A DNA stretch of 64,000 bases, from positions 14,074,001 to 14,138,000 of the forward strand of contig NC_090326.1 of the NCBI RefSeq assembly GCF_035084215.1. The letters run 5' to 3'. Made by a program: the position numbers and the translations under genes. Shown in pieces: positions 24,385-37,230 of this stretch (the stretch's first letter is position 1; the number at the start of each line of letters is the position of its first letter). The stretch is from Heptranchias perlo. Its lineage: Eukaryota. The notes beneath the pieces were generated by a model. The model worked only from the letters and a program-made list of their open reading frames with translations, ran no database searches and was not told the origin of the DNA.

Positions 24385-24600
24385 TATAGAGCAGAAGGTT
24401 CCAGAATCAATTTCTGGGCTTTGCTGAGTTAACTGGTCTTGGGTAGAGCAGCAGTTGGAAGCTCCCCCTGGGATAAGAATTGGGCAGTGGTGAGGATGGG
24501 ATCTGGTTTGGCTTCCAGTGTAAAATAGCCCACCAAATCCCATTGCCACACATAAAGATTGCCCACCTAGACAAGGGACTGGAAGGACTGCTGGCACCAT
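24385..24600 (+). mobile_element. Decayed AmnSINE2-like fragment
   Basis: GAAGGTTCCAG...TGCTGAGTTAACTG...GGTGAGGATGGGATC...CACATAAAGATTGCCCAC. Confidence 0.45.
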
Positions 24601-27189
24601 CAGATTGCATCACTACAAGTTTCATTGGGGTAATTTTCGTCTTCTGGCTGAGCGGATCGCCCGACTATTATCGAACTCATCCGATTTTCATGCAGTTGTG
24701 GCAGGCACTTTGAAATAAGTCCAGTCCAATTTGAAATAAGTCTAATTCTTAAAATTTAAAATGAAAATGTTGGCTTGTGTCAAAGAAAGAACTCAAACCT
24801 CACCCTGTTCAGCAATGACCGCAGTGACAAGCTAGACCAATACTTTAAGAATATTTATAGAATAATCCCAACACAATCTAAAGCGAGAACGTTCGAACTC
24901 TTTCCAAGGTAATCGTATTCAAGGGGTACCTGCAACCGCTACATGCACAGATGCAGCTGGCCACTGGGCCCTTAACCAATACCATTGTTATCTCAGCCAG
25001 GAGCTGCATCTAGATGGGCTCATAGTTCATTAATTTCTCTAAAAGTGCTAAGAACCAGTTGGCTGCTAAGCAACATCTTTACTTATAACCTTTCTCAGAA
25101 TGTTGCATATTGTGGCAATATCCAAAAATAGACTCTGGTACGATCAATTCAATGAGGCACATCAACTGCAAGATCCTACCCGCCCTCAATACCCAGGGAG
25201 TTTGTGAATGGCAGCTGCTGAGACATATCTGTGGTCGACACGTGACCCGTTTCATTTGTAACCAGTTACGGGAATCTCGCTTATCTGAATGGATAATTGA
25301 CTGTAATCTCTGGGGGAATGTGGCTATAGGATGAAACTGTGGATCACACTCACTTTACATCAGCCCCAAACACCAGTACAATATAAGTGGAACCAGTCAC
25401 AGAAATCTGAAGACTTTGTTATCCAGCAATCTTCTGAAGCCGTAATTTGAGCACTTTGAGCTGATTTGTGTAATGAGCCACCCAAAGTTGTTAAATTATT
25501 TGTGGCCGGGATTGTGAGTTTTTTCACAGGGTAAATCTTTTCCTTAGATTTCCATCATTGGGGGAGCGAGGAATGATGCGCATTGAAATGTTTCGCATAG
25601 ACTTTAAGGTTATCTATGAAAACCGTTGGGTTTACGCTACTTCATTTGCTTCAGAGGTGCCACGATAAGATGCGCACTGGGAAAAATATACAGTTATACC
25701 TGCAGCTAGGTAGTGTACCTGTACACTCTATGAACTCACCAATCAGAGGAACACACACACTGACGTCATTGAAGAATGAATGTATGCTCTATTCACAAAC
25801 ACACGCAATGGGCTTAATGCCAATTTTGTGCGCACGCCATGGACGCCTACTGAGCAGCCTTAACCAATATGGCAGGTGACGCACTTCCAGTGTGGAATGA
25901 GCACGCGCACAGCGCCCGCCATATTGGACCCTTAGGCGCCCGTATTACACCTGTAAAAGGGGCACACGTGATCCAATCTTGGGCCCAAATTTCACTGTGA
26001 TCGATTGCAGGAAATGCTAACAGTTACAGCTGAGTGTTCATTGTTGTATTAAACGTAAACATTGCCTAGTCCTTAAGGATTGCTAACTTTAAGCAACATT
26101 TGCAGACCAAAGTATGACTACACGAATTCTATGACATACAGAGTGTGACAAGGACAAACTGTGATGACTGTACCTTATTGAAATGTCTTTAAAGTAGCAG
26201 CCGTGTAAAGTGATTTTTATCTTGACACTTTATTACTGTACAGAGCGGGAAGGTAAATGCAAGACTGGAATCAGCAGGGAGCCTAAGCCCAATCTCATTT
26301 TCTGTTGCTGTGCATGAGCGTATCAGAAAATTGAACTTCCCACCACATGCTAGACTGTGTGTTATTTTCCAGCATCTGTTGCAAGACAAAATATTCTTTT
26401 TGTCACAACACTGCTTTTCAATGTTTCTTGCAGTGCACAGATTCGGCTCGAATTCAATCACAGTGAATAGTATATAATGCAGCAGTTGTCATTTTAGATC
26501 TGCTCACTCTACCCTCATAGCATACCTCTGTAAAGCTACTGGGAGCAGTTGGTTTATGAAATGTAAAGTACAAAGCATATCTATTCCTGTAGCAATGTAG
26601 CCTATTAAAGATTAAAGCAAAACCAATGCATCTTATCTTTTTTATTTTGGTGGAAAAGGACTCATGAAGTAAGACTTGACAGTTAAGGAGAATGAAATAT
26701 TTACTTCTCTTTGTATGAGGGTAGTGCTAAACATCCCAAGGTCAGGCAGTGTGATACAATGCCTCAACAATCATAGCCCCACTGTCATTACAATTCAGGA
26801 AACTTTGTTGAACTTTTATTTTCCCCTGCCTTTGGGGAGCAGCAATTCTGCTTATCAAAGTGATATTACTCAGGAGTGTGAGTGCACAACTTGTAAATAA
26901 ACTTTGTCAGGAATTTGAGATTGCTTTAGACTAAAGGTGGTTTAGTTTCCTCGGTGGAAATAAAATGACAGTACACAGTCACCAACCTGCTCAAAAGGGT
27001 TTACAAGCAGAGTAAAATAGTGCAGAAAGGAGTTTAAAGTGAGCACAGAGGAAATTATATTCATTTTCAAATAAAAACATTTGCATTTCACTGTCGGTAT
27101 TTGTATCCTTTCGAACGCCTGTGAAATCTTAAAGTTGACTGCATCTATACTAAATAAAATGTATTGGAGTTTTATTTTTCTTTCAAACA

Positions 27190-27730
27190 AAGCAGCAACA
27201 ACAACAACAACTTGCGTTTATATAGCGCCTTTAACGTAGTAAAACGTCCCAAGGCGCTTCACAGGAGCGATTTTCAAACAAAATTTGACACTGAGGCGCA
27301 TAAGGAGATATTAGGACAGGTGACCAAAAGCTTGGGCAAAGAGGTAGGTTTTAAGGAGCATCTTAAAGGAGGAGAGAGAAGTAGAGAGGCGGAGAGGTTT
27401 AGGGAGGGAATTCCAGAGCTTAGGGCCCAGGCAGCTGAAGGCACGGCCGCCAATGGTGGAGTGATTAAAATCGGGGATGCGCAAGAGGCCAGTATTGGAG
27501 GAGTGCAGAGATCTCAAAGGGTTGTAGGGCTGGAGGAGGTTACAGAGATAGGGAGGGGTGAGGTCATGGAGGGATTTGAAAACAAGGATGAGAATTTTAA
27601 AATCGAGGCGTTCCTGGACCGGGAGCCAATGTAGGTCTGCGAGCACAGGGGTGATGGGAGACTTGGTGCAAGTTAGGATATGAGCAGCAGAGTTTTGGAT
27701 GAGCTCAAGTTTATGGAGGACGGAAGATGA
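27190..27730 (-). mobile_element. L2 LINE 3' fragment with (TTG)n tail
   Basis: ORF 27311-27646 LHWLPVQERLDFKIL...GGRAFS...PKLWNSLP...FK..LKTYLF is the typical L2 ORF2 C-terminus. Confidence 0.93.
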
Positions 27731-27986
27731 TGTTAGAATTGGATATCCAAGTGGTGATGGATGGAAAACTGGTCTTCAGTTGCTTCCAAGCCTTTATTCA
27801 TAGAGATCCCCCTTGCATGCACACCACACCCTAGAATAAGCTCTCGTATAAAAAGGATACAAGAGATTCCCCAATTGACACACATCACCCGAATGCAATC
27901 ATTGATATAAATCACATGATACAATTAACAGATGACAGGTCATTTGGACATTGTGTTAATATTTATATGATAGTATATATCGTATT

Positions 27987-28100
27987 GGGGGTGAAATTGA
28001 TCTACAGCAGTAGTTAATAGAAAAAAAATTGTGTGAGGTGTAAAATGGGCGACTTATTATCACCTGTTTTGTGCTGCCACCAAAGTCCAATTTTACCCCC
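27987..28100. mobile_element. Internally deleted palindromic MITE (4758 family)
   Basis: GGGGGTGAAATTG ... CAATTTTACCCCC; flanks ATT/GTT. Confidence 0.7.
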
Positions 28101-28549
28101 GTTATGGGTAGTTGTTGTATGTGACTCAATATAAATGTAGACACACCATATAGCAAGCGACATTCAGAAATATACCTTAACAATGATCAGAAAAAGGGCA
28201 GATTTTGACATATTTGTATATATATATATATATCTGCCATTCTTGAAGTGATGCTATTTTCAATCAGATAATATCTGATGTAGCCAACCAGTTCCAACGC
28301 ATCCGCTCTGGAAGGCAGCAGTGCCCCATTTTTCATCATGTTGCATCACATGCTCCTCATTGATCTGTAGCTAGGCTTTCAATACAGAGTAGAGAATATG
28401 CAGTCACTCCGGAAAAGTTACAACAGCAGGGCAGGAACAGCTCCGGGGAAATTGCCGGCCATATTAGCTGATTCCCGATTTCCCTGGCCATTTTTCTCTT
28501 TCTTCGTCTGGTTGTAAAACTTGTGGCTGGCAGCAAAGACCTTGCAGAA

Positions 28550-28630
28550 ACAGAAACACTCAGCAGGTCAGGCAACATCTGTGGAGAGAACGGAGGAGTC
28601 AATGTTTTGGGTGTGGACCGTTTGTCAAAA
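28550..28630 (-). mobile_element. Penelope-like fragment, hammerhead motif degenerate
   Basis: GAAACACTCAGCAGGTCAGGCAACATCTGTGGAGAGA is the reverse complement of about 13560-13596. Confidence 0.7.
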
Positions 28631-29082
28631 CAAAGGTCTTGCAGACTTTCCCATCAGTCATATTGTGAGGCACTGCCAGATCAAGGCACGTACCTCCGTC
28701 GCTACGCTCCACAGCTGATTGCCTAATCCATGGACTTGATGGTGATGCATCTCAGCTCATGGTGTGGAGTCTGCACCTGTTATCCAGCATTGAGTTGAGT
28801 AAACATCTTTTAATCCAGCAATGACTATCACATGGACAGAAATTTTGAAGGATGACGCGTCTTGCATCTGACCAGCATATTTCTGTAGTGAGTCACAATG
28901 TTCTTTATATCACAAGCACGGAAGCTGAATTCCTTGGCGCAGAAGTAGACGCCAGGGTTGAATGTTCATCCAATCTATGAATTTGAGGAATTCTTCAACT
29001 CAATTAAACTTTCGCTGTCATGACACCAGTTGTATTTTTTTCTCCTTATGAATTAAAGCAGGAAAAAGGTATCATAAATGTA

Positions 29083-29490
29083 TCAAGCCCCACTCCAAGA
29101 CTAGAGCACATTATCCAGGCTGACTCCTCAGTGGGGTACTGAGGGAGTGCTGCACTGTCGGAGGTGCAGTCTTTTGGATAAGATGTAAAACTGAGGCCCC
29201 GTCTGCCCTCTCAGGTGGATGTAAACAATCTCATGGCACTATTTCAAGAAGGGCAGGGGATTTCTCCCAGTGTCTTTGGCAACATTTATCCCTCAACCAA
29301 CATCACTAAAAAGCAGATTAACTGATCACTCACCTCATTGCTATTTGCCAGATCTTACCGTGTACAAATTGGCTGTCGTGTTTACCTATAAAACAACAGC
29401 GACAGCACTTCAAAAGCAATTAATTGATTATAAAACCCTTTGGGATGGTCTGAGAACGTAAAAGGCGCTATATAAATGCAAGTTCTTTTT
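29083..29490 (+). mobile_element. Deu-domain SINE, 5'-truncated
   Basis: Collinear with 2059-2506; tail AAAGGCGCTATATAAATGCAAG. Confidence 0.88.
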
Positions 29491-30133
29491 ATACTTTCTC
29501 ATTTCAATCGCCTCCTGTACACACTCAATGATTTAGTCACTCAATCTTTGCCATTACAAAGTCTATCAGTTAACCTGGTTTTAGTTCACTGTGTTATCTT
29601 GCTGAAGAGAGGAAGGAGGTCTTCTTAACAACTGCTTCTATTGACTAGTTAGCTTCGAATTTCAGCAAGCCTGTGATAGTGAAACCAAAGTCCATCCAAA
29701 TTAATCACCATTTTAGAACACTCGTCTCTGGCCCAGAAGGTCCCTCTTCTTCTCCCTAAGTTTCAAATGATAGCCCCAAGATTCTTCCATCTGGGTGCAG
29801 AAAGATCATGCAATCTGGGCTGGTGGGGGCATTTGGGCCGGGGCCCCGGTGACGACGAATCTCCGCCTCATTTTTACACCCATCATAAATTCCACTGGAA
29901 GTTCAAGAGGCTCCCAAACCTTTCCGCAGAAAGAGGTGGGACTGGCAGGATGATGTTAGCCAGTGGAATCCGCGCTAGCTCTGCCTACACTGGTCCCGCC
30001 TGCATGAAGCGGTCGCACATGCTTGGAAGGACCTGGTCCCGGAGGAAATGGGACCATCAAAACTTGGAAAGGCCTTTGGGAATGCAAAATTGGAAGTTTT
30101 AAAAAATGTTTGAAGATCTTCGCCTCGCAGCCA

Positions 30134-31629
30134 GCAAGGTGCAGCAGTGATATCCACAGCATGATGCAGCAGTGATATCCGCAGCATGGTGCAGCAGTAA
30201 TATCCGCAGCATGGTGCAGCAGTAATATCCGCAGCATGATGCAGCAGTGATATCCGCAGCATGGTGCAGCAGTAATATCCGCAGCATGGTGCAGCAGTAA
30301 TATCCGCAGCATGATGCAGCAGTGATATCCACAGCATGGTGCAGCAGTAATATCCGCAGCATGGTGCAGCAGTAGTATCCGCAGCAAGGAGCAGCAGTAA
30401 TATCCGCAGCAAGGTGCAGCAGTGATATCCGCAGCATGGTGCAGCAGTAATATCCGCAGCATGATGCAGCAGTGATATCCACAGCATGGTGCAGCAGTAA
30501 TATCCGCAGCATGGTGCAGCAGTAGTATCCGCAGCAAGGAGCAGCAGTAATATCCGCAGCAAGGTGCAGCAGTGATATCCGCAGCAAGGTGCAGCAGTGA
30601 TATCCGCAGCAAGGTGCAGCAGTGATATCTGCAGCATGGTGCAGCAGTAGTATCCGCAGCAAGGAGCAGCAGTAATATCCGCAGCAAGGTGCAGCAGTGA
30701 TATCCGCAGCAAGGTGCAGCAGTAATATCCGCAGCATGGTGCAGCAGTGATATCCGCAACATGGTGCAGCAGTGATATCCGCAGCATGGTGCAGCAGTAA
30801 TATCCGCAGCATGGTGCAGCAGTAGTATCCGCAGCAAGGAGCAGCAGTGATATCCACAGCATGGTGCAGCAGTAATATCCGCAGCAAGGTGCAGCAGTGA
30901 TATCCGCAGCAAGGTGCAGCAGTGATATCCGCAGCATGGTGCAGCAGTAGTATCCGCAGCAAGGTGCAGCAGTGATATCCGCAGCAAGGTGCAGCAGTGA
31001 TATCCGCAGCATGGTGCAGCAGTAGTATCCGCAGCAAGGAGCAGCAGTAATATCCGCAGCAAGGTGCAGCAATAATATCCGCAGCATGGTGCAGCAGTGA
31101 TATCCGCAACATGGTGCAGCAGTGATATCCGCAGCATGGTGCAGCAGTAATATCCGCAGCATGATGCAGCAGTGATAGCCGCAGCATGGTGCAGCAGTAA
31201 TATCCGCAGCATGGTGCAGCAGTAATATCCGCAGCAAGGTGCAGCAGTAATATCCGCAGCAAGGTGCAGCAGTGATATCCGCAGCAAGGTGCAGCAGTAA
31301 TATCCGCAGCAAGGTGCAGCAGTAATATCCGCAGCAAGGTGCAGCAGTAATATCCGCAGCAAGGTGCAGCAGTAATATCCGCAGCAAGGTGCAGCAGTAA
31401 TATCCGCAGCAAGGTGCAGCAGTAATATCCGCAGCAAGGTGCAGCAGTAATATCCGCAGCAAGGTGCAGCAGTAATATCCGCAGCATGATGCAGCAGTAA
31501 TATCCGCAGCATGGTGCAGCAGTAATATCCGCAGCAAGGTGCAGCAGTAATATCCGCAGCAAGGTGCAGCAGTAATATCCGCAGCATGATGCAGCAGTAA
31601 TATCCGCAGCAAGGTGCAGCAGTAATATC
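30134..31629 (+). repeat. 25-bp minisatellite (GCAGCAWGGTGCAGCAGTRATATCC)n, about 60 units
   Basis: Direct periodicity; 25-aa period in the ORF track. Confidence 0.98.
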
Positions 31630-31684
31630 TCTTCTGATGGTGGAGGGGCTTTCTAGTTTTGCTGAAAATGACACAGAGACTCGT

Positions 31685-32540
31685 CCTTGCTGCGGATATC
31701 ACTGCTGCACCATGCTGCGGATATTACTGCTGCACCATGCTGCGGATATCACTGTTGTACCATGCTGCGGATATTACTGCTGCACCATGCTGTGGATATC
31801 ACTGCTGCACCTTGCTGCGGATATCACTGCTGCACCATGCTGCGGATATCACTGCTGCACCATGCTGCGGATATTACTGCTGCACCATGCTGCAGATATC
31901 ACTGCTGCACCATGCTGCGGATATTACTGCTGCACCATGCTGCGGATATCACTGCTGCATCTTGCTGCGGATATTACTGCTGCTCCTTGCTGCGGATATT
32001 ACTGCTGCATCTTGCTGCGGATATTACTGCTGCTCCTTGCTGCGGATATTACTGCTGCATCTTGCTGCGGATATTACTGCTGCACCATGCTGTGGATATT
32101 ACTGCTGCACCATGCTGCGGATATTACTGCTGCACCATGCTGTGGATATTACTGCTGCACCATGCTGCGGATATTACTGCTGCACCATGCTGCGGATATT
32201 ACTGCTGCACCATGCTGTGGATATTACTGCTGCACCATGCTGCGGATATTACTGCTGCACCATGCTGCGGATATTACTGCTGCACCATGCTGTGGATATT
32301 ACTGCTGCACCATGCTGCGGATATTACTGCTGCACCATGCTGCGGATATTACTGCTGCATCATGCTGCGGATATTACTGCTGCACCATGCTGCGGATATT
32401 ACTGCTGCACCATGCTGTGGATATTACTGCTGCACCATGCTGCGGATATTACTGCTGCACCATGCTGCGGATATTACTGCTGCATCATGCTGCGGATATT
32501 ACTGCTGCACCATGCTGCGGATATCACTGCTGCACCATGC
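31685..32540 (-). repeat. Same 25-bp minisatellite in inverted orientation, about 34 units
   Basis: (GGATATTACTGCTGCACCATGCTGC)n. Confidence 0.98.
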
Positions 32541-32979
32541 TGGCTGCGAGGCGAAGATCTTCAAACATTTTTAAAAACTTCCAATTTTGATTTCCCAAAG
32601 GCCTCTCCAAGTCCAGGATTTAGGGTCAGGGGCACATCCATGGGGCGGGGGGGGGGGGGGGGGGGTAGAAATTCTGCTCCGCTCTAGATCCTCCCCAAAA
32701 GTCCTCCCAGGAATGACCAGCCTGTAATCTTTAAATGCTAATTTCCTTTATCTTAGTTATACATATGCTGATGGATTGAAAGTCAAACAAAATTCTGAAC
32801 CAAAGGGAGCTGAACTGGGCCAATTCTGAATACACCACTTTAGTCTCATTTGGCCTTTGAGGTTGGAACTAAGAGTCCTCACCCCAAAGTACATCACCAT
32901 CTCCTGTACCGTACCGTAACTTACTTACCATCTGTGGCGTCCAACACAGATGCAATGGGATTTAAAAATGCTTGACTAG

Positions 32980-33325
32980 AAGAAGAAGAACTTAAATTTA
33001 TATAACACCTTTCACGACCTCAGGACGTCCCAAAGCATTTTACATTACAGCAGTGACTACACTTTTTGAAGTGTAGTCACTGCTGTAATGTAGGAAAAAC
33101 GGCAGCCAATTTGCGCATAGCAAGATCCCACAAACAGCAAAATGACCAGATCATCTGCTTTAGTGATGTTGGTTGAGGAATAAATATTGGCCAAGACACA
33201 GGGGAGAACTCCCCTGCTCTTCTTCCAATGGTGCCATGGAATGTTTTATAGGACAGAAGGGGACCCAGTTTAACATCTCATCCGATAGACGGCACCTCTG
33301 AAAGTGCAGCACTCCCTCAGTACTC
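32980..33325 (-). mobile_element. Deu-domain SINE, 5'-truncated
   Basis: Reverse complement of the core (GACGGCACCTC...AGTGCAGCACTCCCTCAGTACT) and of the tail. Confidence 0.88.
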
Positions 33326-34496
33326 CCTCCTTGGAGTGACTATTTAAATAGCTTGGATGAAACCATTTCTCGACATCGATATAAATGTGCGAATTAACTG
33401 ACAGCTCAAAGTTTACGACACCTGAAAATTTTTTCCAGCTGGGCTGAAGAAATATGGTGGTGAAATTCGGAGGCCCAAGTTTACTCAAGCAGGCTCTGTG
33501 TACTGCGGCACTGCTCGAGTGTACAGTGTACAGTGACCTGAAGGTCCTTGAGATTGTCTCTCTTGAATTATCTGCATTTGACAAACAGAGTTCAGGAGCT
33601 GAGGCTGACGACAGGGCAAATTCCCCTGAGTTCTTGAATATTGCGGGTAATGCACTGAATCAGCTTAGACAGAAAGTCAAATGAATGACTTGTAATATAG
33701 AACCAGAACATAAGATCCTCTCAGGTCTCTATTTAGAGTCTATGACTGCTTCAAAACATTGGTGTGTCAGTGATGAAGTCTTTCCTGACCCAAATTACAG
33801 GGCACGGAGCTTGAGGTCTTTTCCACAAATGCATTGAATGGTTAATCATTCTTGAAACAGAGAGCGGAGGATCTGAAAGAAGTAAAACTAAAGGTAAATG
33901 GACAGGGAGGACCAAACAATAAAAAGTGTGGATTGAAATGTATGATTTTAATAAGCCTCGGAGATATGATAGTAGTAATAGATGGATTTCTCTTTTAAAA
34001 AGGACTTTGGAGTTGCAGGAGGTTTTGTGAAGTTACCATCGATGATAGCAATCCTGCAGTTTTGCTCCATTTCTTTAAAGCTTCAATGGATTTCGGTCTA
34101 AATTTTTCTCATTATGGGATGTTAGATAGCTGAAGATGAAGCTGAACCTAAGGGCTGAACCTAAGGGCTAAGTCAGCCTAATCACAAAGGACTTCAGCAT
34201 CGTGAAATTCAGTCCATTTGAGATTTGTGGGATGATCCGAACATTTGTTGTTAGATTTCAGATCTTAGGTGGCAGCTTCAGATTGTTAAACCACTGCCAA
34301 AACTAGAAGCAATTGTACCTCACAGCCATTCCCAGCTGGAATTCAAGTTCCTTTTCTCTCCTTTAACTTCTGTTGGAAGAGACCAGACTTTTGCTTAACC
34401 TTTCGCTTGCTTTTAAATTCTTTTCTCTCCTCTTCAGCTAGCCTGCCATCTGCTGAATTTATCAACTCACAGTGTGATATGGACAGTGCTGGAACT

Positions 34497-34690
34497 ACAG
34501 ATTTGGAATTCTCTTCCCCAAAAGGCTGATGATGTTGGGACATTTGGAGCTTTCAAGAATGAGGTGGATCGATTTTTGTTAGGTAAGAGTACCAAGGGAT
34601 ATGGAGCAATGGAGTTGAGGTGCAGATCAACCAATTCAATGGCACAGCAGGCCCAATGGGCTGAATGGCCTATTCCTGTTCCTAATGTTC
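34497..34690 (+). mobile_element. CR1 3' fragment
   Basis: WNSLPQKA...FKNEVDRFL; ATGGGCTGAATGGCCTATTCCTGTTCCTA. Confidence 0.85.
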
Positions 34691-34972
34691 CAATGGGCCT
34701 CCAGTACTTTGTGTGTGTGTCCGTTCATCTTGTGTGAGGATGGATGATGAATATGGGAGGTCTTTCTGAAGCCGACTCTATCTTTGTCCAACATCCACAC
34801 ATGGGATTGTGGTTTTGTTCGATTGGGAGCAGGATGCAGTTTTATTTACTTCCCCAGCACAGGAAACCTGAGGTCACTTGCCACCCTCATGCTATCACTC
34901 CAACTCCGCAAAGGTCTGGCGTTGATCCTGGGGCTCCCCTCCTTTTCTTGTCTCAGTGACATTCCACACAGA

Positions 34973-35146
34973 GGGGGTGAAATTGGCCTTCGCAGTAGCG
35001 TTAAACCAGGCGGATGGCGAATCGGCAGCCCGCTTGACACCATGCCCGATGACTACAAAGGCAAAGAAGATCGGGCGGGATGTAAATCAGGCGGCCGATC
35101 CGCTGTCGCCCGTTCTGCGATGCCCGTCAAGACCGATTTCACCCCC
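34973..35146. mobile_element. Palindromic MITE (4758 family)
   Basis: GGGGGTGAAATTGGCCTT ... AAGACCGATTTCACCCCC; flanks AGA/AGT. Confidence 0.85.
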
Positions 35147-37230
35147 AGTGCCGTTACCCACGGTGAGGCATTGAGCAGATTTCATATACCAGCCAGCTCC
35201 TGTGAGGGTCAATCCATGTCTGGCAGTCCTGGGCGAGAAGGAAATGTCACTAAAAGATTCACCTTTGCTTTCCTTTGTAATTTCTTTAGCCATTGCTATC
35301 ATTTTTTTTTTAGGCTGGATACATTAGGAGTTGTGGCCTAGATTTTAAAAAAAACGCAGGAGTGAGGTGTAATTCTTTCAGTTAAAATGTTGATGACGTC
35401 AAATGATCGTAACCATCACAGAGCTCATGTAGAATTCAGCTGTTGGTTTTAAGAGCCAAGTTGGTGAGTTTCAGGATCTGCCATTTGCATTAATTGCACA
35501 ATAACACAAACAAGCAAACAGATAAAAGAGGGACAAGGGACTGAAACGTTGAGGCTGTGAAAGATATTTAACTCTCTTGGCCCAGAGATGTTGTATCGTC
35601 CACAATAGAGGCTAAGGTGCTAATAGATCATGTTTGCAAGTGTTGCAATGGGATGAGGCCCATAATTGGGGTCAAATTGATAATTTTACAGTAAGGACAG
35701 GTAATATAGCTCATCAGATTCCATGTGATGGAAGGCACACATTCATTATTATTCTATATTTGCAGAGAATGATTTTCTTAGTGTACTTAAGCACTTCCTG
35801 CTAGATGTAGAAGAAAGTAATTGGTCCAACAATAGGGTAATTCTGTAATCCCACACTCCCAGCAGGGAAGCACAGTCACAGGGAAGGCACGTTGGAGATA
35901 GGGCTGTAACGCTGTGGCTCTGATTCACATTCCCTGCGAGCATGGTTCCCTCTGAGGGTGTGGGACTGCGGAATTACCCTCCACGTACCTTAACTCCAAC
36001 GTTGGGCTCTAAATGCAACATCAGGTGTGAAATGAGGCTGGTGCACCCATTTCTCGAGCAATGCCACAGTGTGCAGGGCATTCTCGAGTATACATGTGCA
36101 TCCGTGTGATAAAAGAGGTTTATTTAAAGGTGTCAATATGCCAATGCCAATACCAATGCCAAAATACAAAATAAGCTTAGTCGACTCCCAACCAGACCAC
36201 TGTGTCACAACAAGGTAAACCAGTATTCCAGTATTTCACGATCCTGACAACAACTCTTGTGACCTGAACTGCTGGTGTTGCATGTCAATGGGAACTTTTG
36301 CGATTTCTTTTGCCCATTTTCCCCAGCTTGAGAATATAAGAACGTATATATATATATCTATAATAGGCATGAGGGATGGAGAAAGCTGGGGAAAGAGGAG
36401 CTGGGGGGATTATCTGAAAGGTAGTCCTCATCCATTAAAGGTTCGCACTCCTGCGAAGAGATAATTTTATTCCGTACTCAAATTGAAAATGTACTTTATA
36501 CTAGTTCTGCTGTTCAGTGCGTTAATAACACTTGTCAAAGAAGGGAATCCTATCTTACAGAACTATTACTGTAAGAAACTATCTATGCCATTTTCTTTAA
36601 ATGGGTCAGCCTCGGCTTATAGTCCCTAGTCATCATGTGCAGCCGTGGAAAGTGCTTTACTAAACAGCTTGTATTCCCAAAAGAACAACATGCACTGTAA
36701 GCTCCTCTGATGATTCAATAGAAGTACCAGGGTAGGTAAAGTGGCTGTGCTCGTTTCTGACATTTGTTCTGCTCCTTTCAGCTGGTTTTGCAGCTTTCTC
36801 TCCTCCAGAGGTTCCATCATATATTTTACTATCAGTGTGGAGCTTTGCGTTTAAACCGCACTTCGCTCCAGCATCAAAAAGGCGGAGGAAGAAAGTAGCT
36901 TTCATTATACCACAATTTTAACCCCTTCCACCCTCTGCCCCGGACCCTCACTGCTCCCTGTTACTTCCCAACCACATGCCCAACGCCTCTCTTCCTCTCT
37001 CACCCCCTCATACTGGACAATTTATCGGTGCACGACAGGCAACCAGCAGCCCTGAGCCCTGCGGGGCCCAACTCTGAGCCCTTGGTGCACCCGGTACAGA
37101 CTGAGTCAGCACGCAGTGCGCCACAGAATCATGCAAATGTGCTGACCTCACCTTACCCAGCGAGGTGCATTATTGACTCCGTTGTGGTCTTTGTAAAATT
37201 AGAGCTATTCTGCCGGCAAAGAATTCTCCA

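Larger units (their letters stand above)
30062..32612. repeat. Foldback structure: 72-bp inverted termini enclosing two opposed 25-bp tandem arrays and a 55-bp spacer
   Basis: 30062-30133 is the reverse complement of 32541-32612 (4 mismatches); arrays 30134-31629 (+) and 31685-32540 (-). Confidence 0.95.

Noticed and set aside
30134-32540. CRISPR array
   Set aside because: Pure tandem units with point variants and no unique spacers
29956-32687. Six long Cys/Leu-rich ORFs (295-575 aa)
   Set aside because: Artefact of a 25-bp unit with no stop codon on one strand; all three frames give the same 25-aa repeat
33430-33690. Candidate host exon after TTTTTTCCAG
   Set aside because: Frames hit stops or give no recognisable protein, and there are no partner exons
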